From assembly GCA_002269645.1 (NCBI GenBank), contig NIVC01000900.1, positions 276,117 to 340,116 on the forward strand: a DNA stretch of 64,000 nucleotides. The letters are read 5' to 3'. Shown piece after piece: positions 40,157-48,678 of this stretch. The notes beneath the pieces are model-generated. The model saw nothing but the letters and a program-made list of their open reading frames with translations. It had not been told where the DNA came from and did no database searches. This DNA is from Macrostomum lignano. Lineage: Eukaryota. The position numbers were made by a program, and so were the translations under genes. Within the stretch, counting starts at the first letter, position 1; the number at the start of each line of letters is the position of its first letter.

Positions 40157-43100
40157 ATGAGTGACAAAAATTTGCATGAGCCACTGCTGAAAGACTCGCA
40201 AGATCTGCAACAGCATCCTAGTGCCATAACATCATATGATTATGATGATGTCTTGATAGGCTACTATAAATTTAGCAGCACTGCTCACGCTGCCCTGGAA
40301 CGTTTCTCTAATTGCTTCAAACAGCTGTGCATTGATGATATTGCTAAACTGGATTTTGTTCTTGAGAAGCAGCTGTTGGATCAGTCTGCTTTTGCCAGCA
40401 TTGACGAGTTTCTCTTCCGGATTTTTGAAAGTAGTCAGGTAGGTATATATTGTAGTATTTGCTGAAAGAATGAAATTAGGAGTGAATGAGGCAGTCAGCT
40501 CAACAGGATGGGGTGAATGGGGCAGCCAGTCTATCAGGATGGGGTGAATGGGGCAGTCAGCTCACCAGGATGGGGTGAATGGGGCAGCCAGTCTATCAGG
40601 ATGGGGTGAATGGGGCAGTCAGCTCACCAGGATGGGGTGAATGGGGCAGCCAGTCTATCAGGATGGGGTGAATGGGGCAGCCAGTCTATCAGGATGGGGT
40701 GAATGGGGCAGCCAGTCTATCAGGATGGGGTGAATGGGGCAGTCAGCTCACCAGGATGGGGTGAATGGGGCAGCCAGTCTATCAGGATGGGGTGAATGGG
40801 GCAGTCAGCTCACCAGGATGGCGTGAATGGGGCAGTCAGCTCACCAGGATGGGGTGAATGGGGCAGCCAGTCTATCAGGATGGGGTGAATGGGGCAGTCA
40901 GCTCACCAGGATGGGGTGAATGGGGCAGTCAGCTCACCAGGATGGGGTGAATGGGGCAGTCAGCTCACCAGGATGGGGTGAATGGGGCAGCCAGTCTATC
41001 AGGATGGGGTGAATGGGGCAGTCAGCTCACCAGGATGGGGTGAATGGGGCAGTCAGCTCACCAGGATGGGGTGAATGGGGCAGCCAGTCTATCAGGATGG
41101 GGTGAATGGGGCAGTCAGCTCACCAGGATGGGGTGAATGGGGCAGTCAGCTCACCAGGATGGGGTGAATGGGGCAGCCAGTCTATCAGGATGGGGTGAAT
41201 GGGGCAGTCAGCTCACCAGGATGGGGTGAATAGGGCAGTCAGCTCACCAGGATGGGGTGAATAGGGCAGTCAGCTCACCAGGATGGGGTGAATGGGGCAG
41301 CCAGTCTATCAGGATGGGGTGAATGGGGCAGTCAGCTCATTAGGATGGGGTGAATGGGGCAGCCAGCTCATCAGGATGGGGTGAATTGGGCAGCCAGTCC
41401 CTCATCAATATCTGTTGCTGAAAGCAGGGCTGCTGAACCCTCCTCTCCAACAGGTGACCGTGAGCAGGCTCATGACCACAATGGCTGAGGATGATCGCTA
41501 CCGTGAGTTGCGACAGAGCATCACAGACTTGTTCCGGGTGACTCGCAGCGACAGCCTTCGGCGCTACCTGCAGCCGGGGAGCTTTGTAACAGCCCAGACG
41601 CTGACGAGGGACTTGCACTGCAGCCTGCTGCTGTCCAACTTTGACCTGTTCAACTCGGACACGTTCCAGCCTCGCAGACATCTGGTTGATGGCTACATCG
41701 AAAAAATGGGGGATGCTGACCGGGGCAACGTCATCAGGGGCTACTCGGGTCTGCTGCAGCTCGCGGGGCTGACCCAGCTGGACCAGTATAGGACTACAGT
41801 GAGTCAGTCTGCAACCCTCCCAGATCGGCAGCTATCCACAAATGCACAGTGACACCAGACACAAAAAGCATAGAGTGACACCAGACACAAATGCATAGAG
41901 TGACACACCAGCCACATACATAGAGTGACACACCAGACACAAAAAGCACAGAGGGACACACCAGACACAAAAAAGCACAGAGTGACACACCAGACACAAA
42001 AAAACACAGAGTGACACACCAGACACATGCATAGAGTGACACACCAGACACATGCATAGAGTGACACACCAGACATGCATAGAGTGACACACCAGACACA
42101 TGCATAGAGTGACACACCAGACATGCATAGAGTGACCCACCAGACACATGCATAGAGTGACCCACCAGACACATGCATAGAGACACACCAGACACATGCA
42201 TAGAGACACACCAGACACATGCATAGAGTGACACACCAGACATGCATAGAGTGACCCACCAGACACATGCATAGAGTGACCCACCAGACACATGCATAGA
42301 GTGACACACCAGACACATGCATAGAGTGACACACCAGACACATGCATAGAGTGACACACCAGACACATGCATAGAGTGACACACCAGACACATGCATAGA
42401 GTGACACACCAGACACATGCATAGAGTGACACACCAGACACATGCATAGAGTGACCCACCAGACACATGCATAGAGTGACCCACCAGACACATGGATAGA
42501 GTGACCCACCAGACACATGCATAGAGTGACACACCAGACACATGCATAGAGTGACACACCAGACACATGCATAGAGTGACCACCAGACACATGCATAGAG
42601 TGACACACCAGACACATGCATAGAGTGACACACCAGACACATGCATAGAGTGACACACCAGACACATGCATAGAGTGACACACCAGACACATGCATAGAG
42701 TGACACACCAGACACATGCATAGAGTGACACACCAGACACATGCATAGAGTGACACACCAGACACATGCATAGAGTGACACACCAGACACATGCATAGAG
42801 TGACACACCAGACACATGCATAGAGTGACACACCAGACACATGCATAGAGTGACCCACCAGACACATGCATAGAGTGACCCATCAGACACATGCATAGAG
42901 TGACCCACCAGACACATGCATAGAGTGACACACCAGACACATGCATAGAGTGACCCACCAGACACAAATTCACTCTGTCCCCCACCTCTGCTCCACCCGC
43001 AGTCGGAGATTCTCCGCACCGCCCTGGATCGGGTCAGGGACCGCAGAATTGAGGAGGTCCTGCGCTCGATTCTGGAGCCTCGCGACGGCTTCCAGCTGCT

Positions 43101-44148
43101 TCGCCTTGGCCAGCTCATCGCATTCTGCTTGGGCCAGCCCGCCCTGACAGCGGAGCCCAGCCCGCCCGGCTTCATCCGCAGCTTCCTCCGCGGCCTCATG
43201 CAGCAGTGCAACCCGGCCAATAATGCCCGAATGACTGGCGTCGGTCCCAGCTCTGTTGCTATGCAATTCGTGCTCAGACTGCGCTCCTCTGTGCTGGTTG
43301 TTGACGAATACCCGGGCGGTCAGCCGAGCACCAACTTGAGCCGCCTCATCTGCATGTTTCAGCAGGACCGCGCCGAGGCCGTCAACCTGGCCGATTACCA
43401 GGTGTACGTGGCACCCTACTGCGCTGACGAGTGCACCAGGGCTCAGCATTTTGGCAGCGACGAGAATCTAATGACACTGTTCGCCAATGAGCAGCTCAAT
43501 AATGTGAGCTGATCTGACATTTACTGACACCTGACAGTCATTTGACGCATCTGACACCCACCTGACACCTACCTAAACTCACCTGAAACCTGCTGAAACT
43601 CACCTGACACCTACCTAAACTCACCTGAAACCTGCTGAAACTCACCTGACACCTACCTGCTAAACTCACCTGAAACCTACTGAAACTCACCTGACACCTA
43701 CATAACCTCACCTGACACGCTGAAACCTACTGAAACTCACCTGACACCTACCTGAACTCACCTGACACCTACATAACCTCACCTGACGCCCACTGAAATC
43801 CCACAGCCCTCAGTCCGAGCCGTGGTATTCTTCATTGGCGCAGACATGGCTGCCAAATTGGACCAGTCAAGCAGTCTAGAGAGCCGCATGCTGAAGGCCT
43901 GTTTCGGTCAGCCACGCTGCGAAGTGCTCATGCTCATGGACGAAGGCGTGGACCTGACCGAAAAGGCCCAGTCGCGAGTGAACTGGCAACAAGCCAACCG
44001 GTTTGTGCTGTCTGTTCCTGACGATGAAATTGAATGGCGCAACTTCCTGGTGCGACTGGCCAACCTGCCTGGGCCGCCGCTGCCGCCGCAAACGCCAATG
44101 TTTGACCAGCCGGAGTCTGTCAACAGCGTCTCCGTTGTTGCAGTGTAG
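40157..44148 (+). CDS. ~489-aa protein with probable SEFIR/TIR-like domains. Exons 40157-40438, 41454-41798, 43003-43503, 43807-44148.
   Basis: All three introns are GT-AG and phase 0, giving one continuous frame. The C-terminal alternating beta/alpha pattern (SVLVVD / YQVYV / VVFFIG / VLMLMD / FVLSV..EWRNFLVRL) fits a TIR/SEFIR fold; the domain call is by eye only. Confidence 0.65.
40477..41404 (+). repeat. 31-bp minisatellite, ~29 units: CAGGATGGGGTGAATGGGGCAG plus CCAGTCTAT or TCAGCTCAC
   Basis: Units read directly; fills intron 1 of the SEFIR/TIR-like gene. Confidence 0.95.
41845..42967 (+). repeat. 25-bp minisatellite GACACATGCATAGAGTGAC(A/C)CACCA, roughly 45 units
   Basis: Units read directly; fills intron 2. 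Confidence 0.95.
43514..43795 (+). repeat. ~20-bp degenerate minisatellite (CTCACCTGACACCTAC.. / CTCACCTGAAACCT..)
   Basis: Units read directly; fills intron 3. Confidence 0.9.
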
Positions 44149-45323
44149 AATTTCTACTACTCGACTGTAATTTTTTCTCAACCATAAATTTGAAATCGAA
44201 TTATTTGAGTTTCTCATGTACTCACATTTTTTATTTCTAAGTGTCAATCAGTTGTTTGATAATCCTTTTGATGATTCAATACTCATTTGAAAGCGCCAAA
44301 GGTTTTTAGAACACATTATAAAACCGCTCTGTGTGTTTTCGGTTTGTTTTGTTGTTATTCCAGACTATAATTGTAGCTTTTTTAAAGAGAATTTTCATTC
44401 TCTAAAACCGTTTCCATTGTAAATGAAAAAAACCATCGTCAGCTCTATTAATTACATTGTTGTTTTCTGTGTTTAAAGTTTTAAGCTATTAGCGACACAC
44501 TGGTTAAAAAGACAGTTTAAAGCTTGGAGTTGTGCACTTCTATTTTGACACGTTTGATTGTCCTGTTTTGATATTGATATTTTGCTAAGCGTTATTTAAA
44601 TATCAGTTTCTTCCCGTGTTGTTTGTCTATTCCAGGTTTTTTTATTAATTATCATTCGCGTTTCTCTGCAGCTTTTATTGTTGTCCTTTTTTTTAACGGG
44701 CTAGCTTCCGTGTTAATATAAACATTGTAAAGTAACATGACTTAATAAGTACGAAATAATTACGAAGGGTACTTTGTTTACTGTGAGCGACGGGAATGTC
44801 CGAAGCCATGCCAAGAATGATTTGACATCCTGAGTAAATGGCATTACTGCCCATTCCGCCGACTCCCCTGAGCAGGCACACAAGCGCACGGATACGTACG
44901 CAGTTATACGCACATGACCTAACTTTATCTGTCATTTTCAAGGCATGTACACTTCACTGTGCCTTGTGGGGTTGGCTCTCAACACCGTTAATTGCACGAG
45001 CAGAGCCAAGCCGAGATTCCAATTTAGCCCCTAATTAATGGAATCGAGCCTGGAGTTTAAAAGTATTATCAAGTTTTTACTACTTAAAATGTCAAATTGT
45101 TTTGTAGTTTTACCATTTAGCTGAGCAAATGTGCAAGGAATTTTGGCTGAAATTTCAGCTTATTTGGACTTTCCTGTCGTTCACAGTAAACGCAGGTCAG
45201 AATACCTGCAAACTCACCCTCTCGTTTGCTATATACACCCTTACTTTAATGAACTTCATTAATTTCAAGCGTAGCTCTTTGAGTTTTTTTATTTTTTATA
45301 ATTGTTCTTTGTAGTGCATTAGG

Positions 45324-46294
45324 TACTTCGGGTGTGTCAAAAGTTATGTCACTGATGTGAAAACAGACGAACTTGCAATCGCAGATAAACAAAACTGTAC
45401 CACTCAACAATATAGAGTCCCCCAATATCAATCACCCTCTGGCAGTGCTCATATAGCTTGTCCACCTCAGCCTGCAGGTGTTTTTAATCCAACAGCCATA
45501 ACCAGTGCAACGCGGCCTGTTTAACCTCTTCATGATTTGCGAAACTCCTCTTGGAAAAGTCAGCCTTTAGTCATTGGAACAGAAATCTGTCGCACAAGTT
45601 GAGGTCCGGGCTGTAGGGACTCTGTCAGAGCAGATTCACTCGCCGTGCAGGTAGAAAATCCGAAACAGCCTTACAGGTGTGCGACCGTGCGGTGTCCACC
45701 TGCCACAGAACCTCGTCCAGGAGACATGGAATTTGACCGAAGAGTGCGCCAAAGGACCCCAGTGTGCCGGGAAAAAGCGGATAAAAACTACTGACAATCG
45801 AACTTGACGTTTAACCCTCGATGAGACATCTTTGTTTGGCGTAAAGGCCACCAGCAGCATGGTCTTCTTGTCCGAGACGGACCTCGTGGTCACGGTCGGC
45901 AGCAGACCCCAGCTCCCAACCAGCAGCGATTGTCTGCCTTGCTGCCCTTGCCATCCAGGTGGAGCCAGCTTTCATCCTCAGCAACCAGGCAGTTTAGGAT
46001 GTCATTCAAGCCCCGGCTGCTAAACACCTTGCGGATCTGCTTGGTGCAGGCGTCTTGTCGAGATTCATGGTTATTTTTGTTCGCTGCATAGACGATTTTT
46101 CATCGCGTTGCACTTGCTAAATCTGCTTGGCGTATTCTTGCGATAGCTTGGGCCATAAACAACCTATGCACGTCTCAAATGCACTGCTATTGCTTCACTA
46201 AGTATACTTTGCAGCTACACTACCCACAAATCCATGTGCCTACATATTTTAGACAGAGGCCTGCAGTGACATTACTTATGACACACCCGAAGTA
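45324..46294 (-). mobile_element. Internally deleted mariner transposon
   Basis: TIR TACTTCGGGTGTGTCA(A/T)AAGT(T/A)ATGTCACTG at both ends with TA. Remnant LVAEDESWLHLD..K...W, QVDTARSHT and PYSPDLNLCDRFLF on the minus strand. Confidence 0.85.
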
Positions 46295-46664
46295 TAAAGT
46301 AAGTTTTTTAGGGAAATTGTGAAAGTAACGTCAATACGAGCGTAGTATGAGCGATTAAGGAATTAACGAAATCTTATGTATGTTTGTTTAAAAAACTACG
46401 AGCACTTAAAAATAAACAACGATTATGTTCTTGAAAGCAAGGAAACAATTCTGCTTCGATCTATGCTTAAACTGCTTCTACAGAAGAAGAAAATTACAGC
46501 GCTGTGGAAATCTCCGAAAAACCAAGGATAGCATTGCATTGTATTTGTCGTCAGCTTTTATACTAAAAATTTTCTCTGACAGGTAGGCTTTGGATAGTGC
46601 CAATGATTCTTCTAGAAACACAATGTAATTGTTCAGATTCGAGTGGTTTGTGGCAATAAAATCC

Positions 46665-47145
46665 GTAAAGTCGTGCTGAAGGAGGCGAAGGAGGTCCTCG
46701 ATCGGTCGCTGGCAGTTCGACAATTAGAGGATCGGGTCGAGGAACATGCAAGGGACCATGGATGTTCAGGGATGAATCATGCATAGCAGATTTCAAGGAC
46801 TCATTCGTCCATGATTCTGGGTCTAGGGCTCATATTCTCACGCGTTTGGCTAATTGAAGAAGCAGCTTGGACGTTGCGACTATATATTAAGCAGTTTATC
46901 GAGCTGGGTTTGGATAGAGTGGAAGGCATTCAAGCTCGAGTCGCTGATGAAGCTACTTACGGAAAACAAGCAGAGATGCTGCATCGCTTGAAATTATGTA
47001 AAGTTCTTGTTCTGAATTCTTTCTAGTGAGGACAGCTGGTTTGACCACTTCCCTGGTGAACAGCGAGAAACACTTGACTGTCGTGGTTCCATGCAGTGAA
47101 GGAGGTCGATCAGCAGCTGTGCTGTGATTGGTCGGGAGGCAGACG
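46665..47145 (+). pseudogene. Frameshifted copy of the C-terminal domain of the neighbouring IFIT-like gene, in opposite orientation
   Basis: DNA and peptide matches to the 48.8-49.3 kb region: VLKEAKEVLDRSLAVR; SHAFG*LKKQLG; KAFKLESLMKLL; SSEDSW..VNSEKH; DQQL..DWSGG. Contains a stop, frameshifts and a ~65-bp insertion. Confidence 0.85.
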
Positions 47146-48678
47146 TGTAAACGCCCGAACTCTCACTTCCAGACCGCAAGTCTGCAAGGGAACAATTTAT
47201 TTCTCATTTACTGTTGCTGCAGGCTCCTCTTATAGTAGTTCCAGTGCGCGTAGTTCTCTTCTTCGAATCTGGAATTACATGTAGCCGTACACGAGTGCAG
47301 ATTTTCTTTGCGAAAATTATTCAGTCTAACACAGTGATGCGCCCTAATAATCAATTTACTATCGGCAATCAGGTCCACCAGAAAGTTCCCGTCTTCTTTC
47401 AGCTAATCATGATTTATCTCTTGTGTCATACATAGCAACATCATCATGCTTTTATAAATTTACTGGGTGTGTACTCTACTTATAGTAGGGATTTATGAAT
47501 GGTCTAACTCTACAGGCCGGAGTCGGAGCTGATGAGGCCACTCCGAGTTGCCAGGTAAAGTGGCACTCAAAGTCTTTCAATATCAAAATTCGGGAACATT
47601 ATGTGATGTTTAACGCTCGTATTGTGCATGACAGAAGTAGGTTTTCTGGAACGTTAATCCCAGCGATCATCGAACTAGGTTATAACCATTTTTACACTGC
47701 CTTTTATCGATGGAGATGGATTAAAACTGTTTCAGTGCTTGTTTCCACCAAGTATTGCAAGAAAATCGCCTGCTGAATTTTTTAAATGTATCAATAGTGA
47801 TATTATCCTTGGCTTTGGGTGGGGGAATTATCATATGGATAGGGGGGGGGGGGCATTATCTTTGGGTAGGGGAATTATCATATGGGTAGGGGGGGCGTTA
47901 TCTTTGGGTAGGTATATTATCCTTGAGTAAGGATATACACTATTCCTTTCAGGTAAGGTTATTACCCTTTTAGGGGTGTTATCTTTGGGTAGCAAAAATA
48001 TTATCCCTTTTTTGTTGCCTCTCCTATGGGGGCCGAAGGTTGCTAGTCTAACTTCTCAAATTCTCCCTGCTTGTCAAGGCCCTCTTCTCTTAGCAAAGCA
48101 AGTAAGGTTTATACGACCTGGAAGTAAATTATCTTTGCCGTTTTGTAGAATCTTCAAAATTGAAAGCAATAAGCGACGAACTTTATATTTTGTTCAAATA
48201 GCAATCAAGAGTGCGCTAAACAAGGTGTCGCTACCCAGGAAACATCGAAATATTTAAAGTTTGTAAATTTACGGTTATGGACTGATGTAATATCAATAGA
48301 TACACCGTACTTATGAGTAACCTGTTTTAAAACTCTTACATAAAACTCATGACTACAAAAACGAGTATAAAAAAACTCTTGATTCGTTGCTGTGCGACTT
48401 AAACCTCTCAGCAAAGTTACAGGAGAAACGCTTGCAACCAGACAAAAATTTGAGTTATCTTGAGAATTGTGGATTGGCATATTGAGTTTGACTCAATAAT
48501 AGTTTCGTATGCAAAAAAATAGAATAAAAAACTTAAACTCTAAAAAATAAAGTAATCGAATTCAATCAACTTACATGCAATACCGAATCTACGAGTAGCT
48601 ATAGCGATTAAAAAACACTTTCAGTAGAACGGAGAAAATATCACTCTTACTTGCGATGAGACGCATGTAAGCTTAATG

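Noticed and set aside
40477-41404. CRISPR-like repeat/spacer appearance
   Set aside because: The variable part is only 9 bp with two recurring states, not unique spacers; the context is a eukaryotic intron with no cas genes.
41794-43220. Three long Cys/Val/His-rich minus-strand ORFs (357-462 aa)
   Set aside because: By-products of a stop-free 25-bp tandem repeat lying in an intron of a + strand gene.
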